DNA of 64,000 bases from Gemmatimonadaceae bacterium (GCA_051859245.1 JBHYGA010000007.1:64001-128000), one strand, 5' to 3'. Positions 47,364 to 56,981 are shown, counted from the stretch's first letter. Numbers and translations: made by a program. Notes: generated by a model not told the origin, from the letters alone.

Positions 47364-48137
47364 TTACTTACCATCGGGCAACACAAACTTGACCAGCGCC
47401 GACAGATCAGCTCCCACCGCATCGGCGGAGACCCCAAGTTCTTCCTGAGGCGCGCTCGTGCGATTGGCCCAGAACGTTGGGTAGCCGAACCACTTGGCAC
47501 CGGCAACATCCCAGCCGGCAAACGCGACAAACAGGATGTCTTCTTTGCGCAAACGCAGCGTGTCGACACCGAGTTGATACGCACGACGATCGGGCTTGTA
47601 GGAACGAACTTGATCAGTGCTGATGACCGCTTCAAACAACTGGTCGAGTTTGGCGGCGATGAGGCCGTCAGTAAGCACACGTGACGTCATGTTCGACAAA
47701 AAGGCCAATCGTACACCGGCGTTTTGCAAGGTGTGGAGCGATGCTGCAGCGTCAGGCCACACCTGAAGGTTTGACCACGCGGCCATGAGTTGAACATGCT
47801 TTTGAGGAGACGCTTCAAGCCGCAATTGTTTGATCGCAAAAATCAGACTGTCTCGTGTGGCCTGAAGAAAATTCACGTACTCGCCACCAAGCGCCCGCAG
47901 CCACTGATACTCAAACTGGCGAATGCGCCACGCATTCATCAACGCCTGTCCGTTCCCGGGAAACAACGACTCGGCCAGCGCACCAATGGGCCGTGGATCG
48001 AAGATCGGGAAGGCATCAAACGCGATCGCTCTGAAGCGCGGCTGTCGCACGTCGTGCGCGAACGATACCGTTGGTAGTGCGCCGGCGAGAATGCTACCTG
48101 CCGTGAGTCCCAGGAACTGTCGTCGATCCAGTGTCAT
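47364..48137 (-). CDS. Haloacid dehalogenase type II-like HAD hydrolase with Tat signal
   Basis: DRRQFL twin-Arg signal; AFDAFPIFD, WR..Q.EY.WL, LSN, YKPD..AY, WDVAGAKWFG. Confidence 0.85.
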   Translation of the reverse strand: MTLDRRQFLGLTAGSILAGALPTVSFAHDVRQPRFRAIAFDAFPIFDPRPIGALAESLFPGNGQALMNAWRIRQFEYQWLRALGGEYVNFLQATRDSLIFAIKQLRLEASPQKHVQLMAAWSNLQVWPDAAASLHTLQNAGVRLAFLSNMTSRVLTDGLIAAKLDQLFEAVISTDQVRSYKPDRRAYQLGVDTLRLRKEDILFVAFAGWDVAGAKWFGYPTFWANRTSAPQEELGVSADAVGADLSALVKFVLPDGK

Positions 48138-48364
48138 TCGAGCATCCTCATGTCGTGTTGCGCAGGTCAAAGCACAGCCGAGCTGTATGCGCGGTGAGTA
48201 CACCTGACACGACATGGTGGCGTGTTTGTTCCCTACCTCACCGCCTCCCCCACTCGGCGATCACAGTCCGCCGTTGGTCCCACAGGTGTTGCGTCAGCGT
48301 GCTACGATACGCTGCGTGCTGCCTGCGAAGAACGCATACCGAAGGACTTTCATACTGTGACCTC

Positions 48365-48742
48365 ATGACAAGAGATCTCTTGTGGCTTGATAGTAGAGCC
48401 GGACTGGCAGTTGGTGCGGGATTGCTCGCACTCAACAGCTGGCTGAGCCCGTTGTATGGCCTGCCGCGCGAGTTTTTGTGGGTCGTGGGCGTGGCCAACG
48501 TGGGTTATGGCCTCTACTCGGGCTGGCTCTTCACTCGGCGGCCGCGTCCGCGTGGAGCGATTGTGGCGCTGGTGTTGGCCAATGCAGTGTGGGCGCTCGT
48601 ATGCATGCTGGCCGTATACCACTACGCGCATGTAGCGACGGTGTTTGGCGTGGCGAGCGTTGCGGGCGAGGGACTGTTTGTGGGAACGCTGGCGGCGCTG
48701 GAGTGGCGAGCTCGGGAGCGGTTGGTGATGCGACAGGTGTAG
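48365..48742 (+). CDS. Small hypothetical membrane protein
   Basis: Four hydrophobic segments, AN..Y..YS and EGLFVG.LA.LEW pattern. Confidence 0.65.
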   Translation: MTRDLLWLDSRAGLAVGAGLLALNSWLSPLYGLPREFLWVVGVANVGYGLYSGWLFTRRPRPRGAIVALVLANAVWALVCMLAVYHYAHVATVFGVASVAGEGLFVGTLAALEWRARERLVMRQV

Positions 48743-48865
48743 GCGTGAGCGCGCACACATGCGCTCGTCTTCTAATGACAACCGGGATTGCACTTCGGAT
48801 ACAACTTCTGGTTGCACTCGTCCCAACCGCGAAACCCAGACAAAGCGCCGCTCGTACGCGGGGGC

Positions 48866-50011
48866 ATGACGAGACGAAACAAAATCCTCGGCGGCACCGC
48901 GCTGCTCTTCGCCACGGCGTTGCTCACGCTCGCGCTGGTCCTCAGCTACGACGCGGCTTGCCCGGCTGCCGAAGCGCTGCCTCGTGAACGAACGGCGACA
49001 GCGCCGGACACAACAACGGAACGCGCGGCGAAGTCCATGCAGGCCGCGCGATATCACTGCTATGGCGATCCGCAGGTGATCACATGGGAGACCGTGCCAC
49101 GCCCCGACATTACCGACAGCGGTGTGCTCGTGCGTGTGCACGCTGCAGCCACGAATCCGCTTGACTGGCACTTCATGCGCGGCAAGCCGTACATCATGCG
49201 TTTGTCGAGCGGCATCGGTCGCCCGAACGACGAGCGGCTTGGCGCTGACTTCGCGGGTGTTGTGGAAGCCGTTGGCGCCAGCGTCACGCGCTTTGCACCA
49301 GGTGACTCGGTGTTCGGCTCGAGCAGCGGCGCGTTCGGGCAGTACGTTGTGGTACGTGAAGCAGGATCGATTGCGCGGCTGCCCAATGGTGTAAGTCTCG
49401 AGCAAGCAGCGGTCGTAGGCGTTGCGGCAACTACTGCTCTGCAAGCGGTGCGTGATGTCGGCCAGGTGGCCAGCGGGCAGCGCGTGCTCGTGAACGGTGC
49501 GTCGGGCGGCGTTGGTACGTACGCTGTGCAGATTGCAAAAGCCATGGGCGCGCACGTCACAGGCGTCGCCAGCACTCGCAATGTGGAGCTGGTGCAATCA
49601 CTCGGCGCTGACACGGTGATTGACTACACGCGCGACGACTTCACCACACACACCGCGCAATACGATGTGATCATCGACAACGTGGGAAATCACGCGCCAT
49701 CGGCACTGCGTCGCGTGCTCACCGCGACGGGACGCGTGGTCATGGTAGGCGGTCCGGATCGCGACCGCTGGCTCGGTCCGATACGATCATTGCTGTACGC
49801 GATCGTGTACGGCTGGTTCACCCGGGAGTCATTCAGCGGCTTGCTCGCCACAACCACTTCCGCAGATCTGTCGTACCTTTCCAGGCTGATGACGGAAGGC
49901 AAGCTGCGGTCCATTATTGATCGGCGATTCGAAGCGTCGCAGCTGCGTGACGCGATTGCGTATCAGGAGGCCGGTCGCTCGCGGGGCAAGAATGTGGTGC
50001 TGATTCCCTGA
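48866..50011 (+). CDS. Zinc-independent MDR/quinone oxidoreductase-like NAD(P)-dependent dehydrogenase
   Basis: VHAAATNPLDW, GADFAGVVEAVG, VLVNGASGGVGTYAVQ, LGADTVIDY; N-terminal TM/signal. Confidence 0.88.
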   Translation: MTRRNKILGGTALLFATALLTLALVLSYDAACPAAEALPRERTATAPDTTTERAAKSMQAARYHCYGDPQVITWETVPRPDITDSGVLVRVHAAATNPLDWHFMRGKPYIMRLSSGIGRPNDERLGADFAGVVEAVGASVTRFAPGDSVFGSSSGAFGQYVVVREAGSIARLPNGVSLEQAAVVGVAATTALQAVRDVGQVASGQRVLVNGASGGVGTYAVQIAKAMGAHVTGVASTRNVELVQSLGADTVIDYTRDDFTTHTAQYDVIIDNVGNHAPSALRRVLTATGRVVMVGGPDRDRWLGPIRSLLYAIVYGWFTRESFSGLLATTTSADLSYLSRLMTEGKLRSIIDRRFEASQLRDAIAYQEAGRSRGKNVVLIP

Positions 50012-50028
50012 TGCAGAGAGCGGCAGCT

Positions 50029-51453
50029 TCACTCAAGGCGGTCGGTTTCATGTGTGCCTGACAACACGTCGTGAAAACGACCCTTCCATGGCACGGTGAA
50101 AGAGTCCCAGATGTCCGGTTTGTTTGTACGCTGTTCCTTCATCTGCGCCATGGTCAGTACCTTGCCATTTGAGCGCGCATTGATGAGCCCGAAATGGATC
50201 TTCGCTCCGCTTACAGCGCGCGCAAGCTCGGTTGAGAAGAAGAGCGGATGCTCGCCGCGCGTGTGTCTGGCGACCGCACCGACCGCGTCCGCGACCGGGT
50301 GGTCGAAGCTCTTGTTGTCGCCAGACGAAACCACATTCGCGTGCGGGCGGACTTTCTTCAGGAACTGAACAAGAAAATCTGATGATCCGTGGTGGCACGC
50401 CTTCGCCACATCGCACGTGAACGGATTCGCGTCCCCGTAGTAATTGAAGAGATGCAGCTGCGCGGGAATATTGAGGTCACCGCCGAAGAGAAACGCATGC
50501 TCGCCGAAATGGAGCTTGAGCACAATGGAGTGACCGTTGCGCGTGTGTGACGAGCTGGGCCTCGGTATCTCTGCACGATCTCTTTTGTCCTGCCGCTTGA
50601 CCACAACATCTTCGGCGTCTGGAAACGTGACATATTCGACGGTGCCACTCGCCTTCGTTGGCACGGGGGCGAGCACCTCGATGAAGAGTTTGTCGTCGCC
50701 GCGCTCTGAAAAGCCTGGAAGTGTCTTGTTCCGCACGGTGATGCGCTTTGCGCTGCCTAGTCGCCCTGCAGCCTTCGCGTTGAGAGCGGCCGCCCAGAAC
50801 TTCTGAAACGTTGTGGGATTTCCTGTGGCTGTCAGGAGATGTCCGCTGTCGATGAGCGCCTTCACATCATTCAGCGTATCGATGGTCTCGACAAGCACAT
50901 GCTCAACCTGTCCATCGACGGTTGTCGTCTTCAGCTTGCCCAAATCAAAATCGGCGTGCGCCGGAAGATTCTTTTCCGAATAACGAATGATGCCGTTGTG
51001 GTATATGGTGTCGACCTCGAACGCCGGATCGTTCAGTACCGCGATGAACGCTTCGTAGTGATCCTGATCCGGATGGCTGACGACCATCGCCTTGATCTTG
51101 ACCTTTCCGTCCTGTGCGATGAGCGGCCGGTAGCGGTGCTTCATGAAGCGGTAGAGATGCTGGGCCGGGCCGCCATCAATCAGAACGAGCCCTTGTGGCG
51201 ACTCGATGATTGCGCCATCGCCCTGTCCTACATCGACAAAGAAAACTTTCAGCCCCGGATTGTCGCGCACGTCATCCTGATGCACCCATCCGCCCGGACC
51301 TTCTGAATGCGTAGTCACGTTCAGCCAGTCGCCCTCTTCTGCTTTGACGATCAGGTACGTACCGAGCAGGACGTGATTGAGCTTCTTCGCGTGTCGACTC
51401 GGATTCTCGTAGAGAATGGTCTCGGGTTTGTCACCGTATACTTCGGTTCGCAT
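50029..51453 (-). CDS. Stand-alone ComEC/Rec2-like metallo-beta-lactamase-fold hydrolase
   Basis: DVGQGD, LIDGG, SHPDQDH, N..S.VL, GGDL, HHGS, HP; short SH3-like N-terminus (GGWV); no membrane domain. Confidence 0.85.
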   Translation of the reverse strand: MRTEVYGDKPETILYENPSRHAKKLNHVLLGTYLIVKAEEGDWLNVTTHSEGPGGWVHQDDVRDNPGLKVFFVDVGQGDGAIIESPQGLVLIDGGPAQHLYRFMKHRYRPLIAQDGKVKIKAMVVSHPDQDHYEAFIAVLNDPAFEVDTIYHNGIIRYSEKNLPAHADFDLGKLKTTTVDGQVEHVLVETIDTLNDVKALIDSGHLLTATGNPTTFQKFWAAALNAKAAGRLGSAKRITVRNKTLPGFSERGDDKLFIEVLAPVPTKASGTVEYVTFPDAEDVVVKRQDKRDRAEIPRPSSSHTRNGHSIVLKLHFGEHAFLFGGDLNIPAQLHLFNYYGDANPFTCDVAKACHHGSSDFLVQFLKKVRPHANVVSSGDNKSFDHPVADAVGAVARHTRGEHPLFFSTELARAVSGAKIHFGLINARSNGKVLTMAQMKEQRTNKPDIWDSFTVPWKGRFHDVLSGTHETDRLE

Positions 51454-51571
51454 CGCAGTTCCCCCGTTGAGTCGGTACGCTTGACCGCTGACGATGACGC
51501 GCGCAGTTCACGTCCACCAGAAATGATTCATGGTGACGGCGTCTAGAGAATAGAGGGATTTTTTGAGGGCG

Positions 51572-51597
51572 GCGCTACCGGACTGAGCTATATCGGC
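51572..51597 (-). pseudogene. 5' fragment of a tRNA gene (Thr-like)
   Basis: Minus strand GCCGATA-TA-GCTC-AGTCCGGTA-GCGC = acceptor 5' strand and D-arm; no anticodon arm, T-arm or 3' end follows. Confidence 0.55.
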
Positions 51598-51660
51598 AAG
51601 ACGCGTCGGTACAGAGGGACGGTGCTATGGCCCGCAGTTTGTCGGCGCAGCGATGCAGGC

Positions 51661-52341
51661 TTATTGTCGACAGTCGCGCGCTGTTGCCAATCGTGCGCTC
51701 AACACGCGCGTGATTTCAATGCCGTACGGGGTAACTCCGCCGTGTCCAAACTGTCCCGGCCCGCGCACGGTGCCTTCGACTGTCACTGCCAGCGTGTGCA
51801 TGCGGGCCCGAGGAAGTCGCACACGAGCAATCCGCGCGCTCGCCTCGGGAGAAAAGGTTGGCCACGCCCGTATGGACTGGTCACACGACACAAATCGCAG
51901 CCCCTCGAACTCGTTCGTATAGAGGCCAACAAACGTGCCGGTGCGTACCGTATACGGGCGCATGTCGCAACCTGTCACATCCGCGCGGACATCGCGGCGT
52001 CGCACCAAGCTGTCGGTGGGCTGGAGGGTCTCACGATAGAGAAACCGACGGCTTAGCTCGCCCCGCTCGCCGGGACAAGAGATAGAAACAGTATCTGGCT
52101 CCATGCGAAGGCCGGCTAACTCGAAGTAGCCGGTGGAGTCCACTCGCACGCAGAGACGCGTGCCGCTACCAATCAGGCTGCAGACATCGGCGCGAAGTAC
52201 TGGGCGACCGGTCACAGAATCGCGGATGGTGCCGATGAGCTTGATTGAGTCTTGAGGTGCGCTCGTGGGCTGCGCCGCGAGCGGCGATGCGCACAGCCAG
52301 AGCAAAGCGATAGTAGCGGCGTACAGGGAGGGCCGCATCAT
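51661..52341 (-). CDS. Exported protein with carboxypeptidase regulatory-like domain
   Basis: Signal peptide LAA-Q, GTIRDSVTGRPV..VDSTGYFELAGL; C-terminal EGTVRGPGQFGH. Confidence 0.68.
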   Translation of the reverse strand: MMRPSLYAATIALLWLCASPLAAQPTSAPQDSIKLIGTIRDSVTGRPVLRADVCSLIGSGTRLCVRVDSTGYFELAGLRMEPDTVSISCPGERGELSRRFLYRETLQPTDSLVRRRDVRADVTGCDMRPYTVRTGTFVGLYTNEFEGLRFVSCDQSIRAWPTFSPEASARIARVRLPRARMHTLAVTVEGTVRGPGQFGHGGVTPYGIEITRVLSARLATARDCRQ

Positions 52342-52503
52342 GTTCCCACGCGCGTGACGTCTGTCCAAATCAAGGTGCAAGCGAGTCTCGTGAAGCAGGC
52401 AGGTGCGTAGGTTGCTCAAATGAGCAGCCGAGGTGACAGGTGCTCGATCGGTACGGCCGTGCGCGTTCGGTCCCACTCAGAAAACAGGAGTTCCGCGCCC
52501 TCG

Positions 52504-53412
52504 TCACTGAGGCGATGCGCCCATTGGCGGCAAGCGGCGCATCCACTCCTCACAGGTTGGCGCCGGTTCACGCCGCGGAAACGTCGGAAGCTGCCTCAAC
52601 TCAGTGGGCTCCCCAAACCGGAAGAACTCCACCATGTCGAAGAAACACGAGAAGGGGACGGTGGGCATCATTACCACCTGATAACCCTCCGCGCGCCGCT
52701 GCTGCCCGGGAATGTTGGCCAACGTGTTGAACGCATCGAACAACCGCGCAAAGCGCACAGGCCCCGCGTCCCACGGATCGACGCCAAGGTCGAACAAGAG
52801 GTTCGCCACCGTCTCTCGCGCTGTTGGATCGTTACCGGCCACAAACACAGTGGCACGTGTCTTCGTGAGCAACGGATCCATGAAGTACACGATGTTCGGC
52901 AGGTTGATTCTGACCACGCGCATCGTCGGGTGCCGCGCCTGGATAAGCTCAGCGCGCGCACTGTCGGACGTCAGTTCCTGATAACCGTCAGCTGCGACCC
53001 TTTTTTCACCGCCGCTCACATCAATGACGACCTTGCCGCTCAGGTCACCCAGAGAGCCCGCGACCTCAACAACCACCTCACCCGGCACTGCGAGCACGAT
53101 CACCGGCGCCTGCGACGCGGCCTCGAGCTGAGTTACGGCGGACGCGTTCGGCCCGGTCCGCTGCACGAGCTCGCGCACGGCGTCGCGATCGGGCTCTCGG
53201 CTGCCGTAGATCACTCGATAGCCCTGTGCTCCAAGGGCCGGACCGAGGGCGCCGGCGAGCGTGCCCGTACCGATGATCGCTACAGCGCCCTTCTGCACAG
53301 CGGGCGCAGCACGGTTGGCGGCGGGAGTCTTCTCCGCGGGCGGGGTTCCGCAGGCCGAAGTGATCGCGAGGGCGGCGAAGAGAATGGGGCGGGCGTAACG
53401 CAGTGGAAGCAT
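52504..53412 (-). CDS. NADPH-dependent F420 reductase-like oxidoreductase with lipoprotein signal
   Basis: IIGTGTLAGAL, YGSREP, VIVLAVP, GKVVIDVS, VAGND..A; ITSAC lipobox. Confidence 0.8.
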   Translation of the reverse strand: MLPLRYARPILFAALAITSACGTPPAEKTPAANRAAPAVQKGAVAIIGTGTLAGALGPALGAQGYRVIYGSREPDRDAVRELVQRTGPNASAVTQLEAASQAPVIVLAVPGEVVVEVAGSLGDLSGKVVIDVSGGEKRVAADGYQELTSDSARAELIQARHPTMRVVRINLPNIVYFMDPLLTKTRATVFVAGNDPTARETVANLLFDLGVDPWDAGPVRFARLFDAFNTLANIPGQQRRAEGYQVVMMPTVPFSCFFDMVEFFRFGEPTELRQLPTFPRREPAPTCEEWMRRLPPMGASPQ

Positions 53413-53501
53413 GAGGCGGTCGCTGGATCAGAGTGCGTTTCGGATCGAGAGAAAGTGCACGTGGCATGCGTCCACCGTCAATCCGCGTCGCGGGGGCGCT
53501 G

Positions 53502-53704
53502 CTACCAGCGCCACACCACAGAGGCCACACCGTAGTGCACCCACGCAAAGCTGTAGGCCTCGTCAATGTCGGTACCGAGTTGCCAGCGCGAAGTCAGGCG
53601 CCAATCACCGGCCACATGCAACAGCGGCACGAAGCCGAGATCGTCTTTGCGTGCGGATACGTTGTCCTGCGCAAGCTGGTTAGCCGACAGTGACACGCGC
53701 GCAG
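53502..53704 (-). pseudogene. C-terminal remnant of an outer-membrane beta-barrel-like protein
   Basis: DLGFVPLLHVAGDWRLTSRWQLG...YSFAWVHYGVASVVWRW-stop, amphipathic strands and terminal Trp, no plausible start or signal peptide. Confidence 0.5.
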
Positions 53705-54238
53705 TTATTGCAGCTGAGCGAACACCACGCAGTAGTTGTGTCCGTATTTCTTCGAACACTTCGGACAATAGGCGTAATGGAAGTAGTAGCTGATCGCCTT
53801 CCGGCCGCGAGACGCGAGCAGCGCGTTCGTCGCCTTGATCCACTTCGGGGCGTCCTGATACGGGCCGTCGAATACTTTGGCGAAGAAGGTTCCCGAAAGC
53901 TTCGTCATGCTACCTCCGGGCACGTCCTTCGTCACCGTCATGAGGATCTCCGACTTCCACGGCGACGAGTCGTGTAGAAGGATCAGAAACTCTTTCGGGT
54001 CGGGCATTGCCTGCGCGTCAAGGATCTGACTCATCATCCGCGTGACGACCGATCCCATGTCGATGGGCACGTGCAGCAGCGCGCGGACGTCGTCCGTGAA
54101 GAACAGCTTCTCGCGCCAATCGTGCGTTACGCCGTCCCAAGGGGTCGGATCGAATACGGCGCAGCACACGTCGTTGTCCGGCATGGCCGAAGGAGTGGTT
54201 GCGGTGGCGCGTCGATCACCGGGTGCCTGGCTGGTCAT
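53705..54238 (-). CDS. Conserved hypothetical protein (GyrI-like/hydrolase-annotated family)
   Basis: CC..FDP.PWD, LSGTF..KVFDGPY, YFHYAYCPKCSKKYGHNY. Confidence 0.7.
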   Translation of the reverse strand: MTSQAPGDRRATATTPSAMPDNDVCCAVFDPTPWDGVTHDWREKLFFTDDVRALLHVPIDMGSVVTRMMSQILDAQAMPDPKEFLILLHDSSPWKSEILMTVTKDVPGGSMTKLSGTFFAKVFDGPYQDAPKWIKATNALLASRGRKAISYYFHYAYCPKCSKKYGHNYCVVFAQLQ

Positions 54239-54616
54239 AGTGGTCTCGCCGTGGAGGGGGACGAAGGGAAACCGTCTGGTACTCTGCATGGTGCGGGTCG
54301 GCGCGGTAGCCCGCAGTCGGGCAATGCACCGCTCACTCCTCGGGAAAACCCCTTGAAGCGCTAGCCGTTCTCCCTGCTTGCGCTCCCGCACCCCCCGCCA
54401 CACGTTCTTGAATGACGAGTGCAACCCACTCGCCCCACGTTCGCTGCCCCTCGCGGCGAACGCGTGTCCTCACCCCCACCGTCGTTCGGCGGCGCGGGGG
54501 ACGCCCGGTGGAAGCGAGGCCCGCGCACACGCGCCCGCACACTTCCCGGTCAGGACGCCCCCGCGTCCCGCGCGACACGACCGCGCGGTAGCAGTATCGC
54601 GTTCTTTGGAGGGACG

Positions 54617-56719
54617 ATGCGGGAGTATGACAGTGCCGGTATCAGGAACGTGGCCGTGGTGGGCCACGGCGGCAGCGGAAAAACGAGCCTCGTAGACGCG
54701 CTCTGCTTCGCCGCCGGCAACGGCAAACGCCACGGCCATGTACGCGACGGAACAGCCCTGACCGATCACCTCCCCGAGGAGATCGAGCGGGGCTTTTCGA
54801 TTGCACTAGGCTGCGCATTCGCGGAATGGATGGACAGCAAAATCAACTTCGTCGACACACCAGGTGCACTCGACTTTCAAGGCGAAGCACTGGCCGGACT
54901 CTCGGCGGCCGACGGTGCACTGTGCGTCATCAGTGCGGTGAGCGGCGTAGAAGTTGGCACCGATCGCATGTTCCACTGGGCCGTGGAACGCGATGATCCC
55001 GTGCTCTTTGTGGTGAGCATGATGGACAAGGATTCGGCAGACTTTGACGCCGTGTACGAACAGGTGAAATCACAACTCACGAGTAAAGTGGTGCCGGTAG
55101 AAATCCCCATTGGCGCCGGCACCAATTTCACTGGCGTGATGAACCTGTTCACACAACGCGCGTACACATACTGCGCCGGGAACAAAGGTGAATACGAGGA
55201 AGCCGACATTCCCGCGAACGAACGCGAACGCTTCGATCGCTACAGACAAGAACTCATCGAAGCCATCTCCGCCACCGACGACGCACTCTTAGAGCGTTAT
55301 CTCGAAGGGGCCGAGATTGATCGTGATGAAGCGATCTACGGTATGAAAGAAGCGATGAAGCGCGGCGAACTCTTTCCTCTATTCTGTGTAAGCTCCGAAA
55401 ACATGATCGGCGTGCGCGCGCTGCTCACTGAAATCGTGCAGCTCATGCCCAATGCGTATGAAATGGAAGAGCTGCACGGATTCACAGGCGCTGAAGGCAA
55501 TAACAGCGTGGAAATTCACGCGCGAGACGACGCACCGTTCGCCGCAATCGTGTTCAAAACGGCCAACGAACAACACGTTGGCGACGTGAGTTACTTTCGC
55601 ATTCTCTCCGGCTCCGTGCGCAACGGCGACGAAGTGTACAACGCCACGCGCGACGTCGCCGAGAAACTCAATCACATTTCATTGCCACTGGGCCGAGAAC
55701 GTGTAGAAGTCTCCCGCCTGCACGCGGGTGACATCGGCTGCATTGCCAGACTGCGCAACACGCACACCAACGACACACTCTCCACGCGCGAACATCCTAT
55801 TCGTTTGCCGGAACTGCGCTTTCCGGAACCGCTCGTACACTTTGCCGTACACGCCGAGTCGCGGAACGACGAAGAAAAACTCCAGCAGGGACTGCACCGG
55901 CTGCACGAAGAAGACCCCACGCTCACGGTGCACTACGAACCAGAGACGCACGAAACAATTGTGAGCGGCATGGGCGAACGTCATCTCGATATCGCGATGG
56001 CCACATTGCAACGCAAGTTTGGTGTGAAGGCCGAACTCACCAAACCCAGAATTGCCTATCGCGAAACACTCACCGCGAGCGGAGAAGGCCAAGGCAAACA
56101 CAAAAAACAATCCGGTGGACGCGGACAGTTTGGTGATTGCTGGGTGCGCATGGCACCACTGCCACGTGGCGAAGGCTATTTATTCGAGAACAAGATCGTG
56201 GGCGGTGTCATCCCATCACGATTTGTGCCCGCGGTCGACCGCGGTGTGCAGGAAGCCGCCGCGCGTGGTGTTCTCGCCGGCTATCCACTCGTGGATTTCC
56301 GTGCCGAATGTTACGACGGCTCCACGCACTCTGTCGACTCGAACGAAATGGCGTTCAAGATGGCGGGCATTCTCGCCTTCCGCGCCGTTGCACCCAAGTG
56401 CAAACCGGTGCTGCTCGAACCACTCGATCTGCTCGAGATCACCGTGCCCGATCAATACCTGGGCGACGTGCTCGGCGACGTGAGCGCGCGTCGTGGACAC
56501 ATTCACGGCACCGAACCGGCCGGCGACGGCCGACACACTGTGGTGCGCGCGGTGGTACCGCACGCCGAGCTGCACTTGTATGCCACACCGCTGCACAGCA
56601 TGACGCACGGACGCGCAACCTTTACGCGTCGCTTTGCGGGGTACGATCAGGTGCCGCCTGACGTCGCGTCGAAACTCATCGCGGAACACGCGCGCGAGGT
56701 GGCGGAGGCGAACGCTTAG
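54617..56719 (+). CDS. fusA: Elongation factor G paralogue (EF-G2-like)
   Basis: IRNVAVVGHGGSGKT, DTPG, GMGERHL, YRET, KKQSGGRGQFG, YDGSTHSVDSNEMAF; GGAGG RBS; not in an rpsL-rpsG-tuf context. Confidence 0.92.
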   Translation: MREYDSAGIRNVAVVGHGGSGKTSLVDALCFAAGNGKRHGHVRDGTALTDHLPEEIERGFSIALGCAFAEWMDSKINFVDTPGALDFQGEALAGLSAADGALCVISAVSGVEVGTDRMFHWAVERDDPVLFVVSMMDKDSADFDAVYEQVKSQLTSKVVPVEIPIGAGTNFTGVMNLFTQRAYTYCAGNKGEYEEADIPANERERFDRYRQELIEAISATDDALLERYLEGAEIDRDEAIYGMKEAMKRGELFPLFCVSSENMIGVRALLTEIVQLMPNAYEMEELHGFTGAEGNNSVEIHARDDAPFAAIVFKTANEQHVGDVSYFRILSGSVRNGDEVYNATRDVAEKLNHISLPLGRERVEVSRLHAGDIGCIARLRNTHTNDTLSTREHPIRLPELRFPEPLVHFAVHAESRNDEEKLQQGLHRLHEEDPTLTVHYEPETHETIVSGMGERHLDIAMATLQRKFGVKAELTKPRIAYRETLTASGEGQGKHKKQSGGRGQFGDCWVRMAPLPRGEGYLFENKIVGGVIPSRFVPAVDRGVQEAAARGVLAGYPLVDFRAECYDGSTHSVDSNEMAFKMAGILAFRAVAPKCKPVLLEPLDLLEITVPDQYLGDVLGDVSARRGHIHGTEPAGDGRHTVVRAVVPHAELHLYATPLHSMTHGRATFTRRFAGYDQVPPDVASKLIAEHAREVAEANA

Positions 56720-56730
56720 GACGGTGCTCG

Positions 56731-56812
56731 GCGCTGACGTCAGGGACCGCTCCGGGTTCGCCACTGCCGCTTCGCGACAGAAGCGCCCCGGAGCGGCCCC
56801 TGACGCCAGCGC
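56731..56812. repeat. Long palindromic element, copy 1 (GCGAAGC-loop core)
   Basis: 26 bp arms 56731-56756 / 56787-56812 (2 mismatches); core 56760-56784 matches 59059-59083 at 24/25 nt in reverse orientation. Confidence 0.8.
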
Positions 56813-56981
56813 TGCGGGTGTCGGGGAGCGGGGGCGGCGACAGGCGCGTGTGGTCGCGCTGGTGTCGAGTGCGACGGCGGCGTACGATCAGGTTGGCAAG
56901 CGAGCGCGGGAGGTTGCTGGCATTTCGCGCGGGCCTGGAGCGTGGCGCTGAGATAGGAGTATGGGCGTGGCGGGGATACGA

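Noticed and set aside
50029..51453. Competence DNA-uptake channel ComEC
   Set aside because: No transmembrane competence domain and no com genes nearby
51520..51600. Intact tRNA gene
   Set aside because: Only the 5' ~26 nt resemble tRNA; no anticodon arm, TTC loop or acceptor 3' strand
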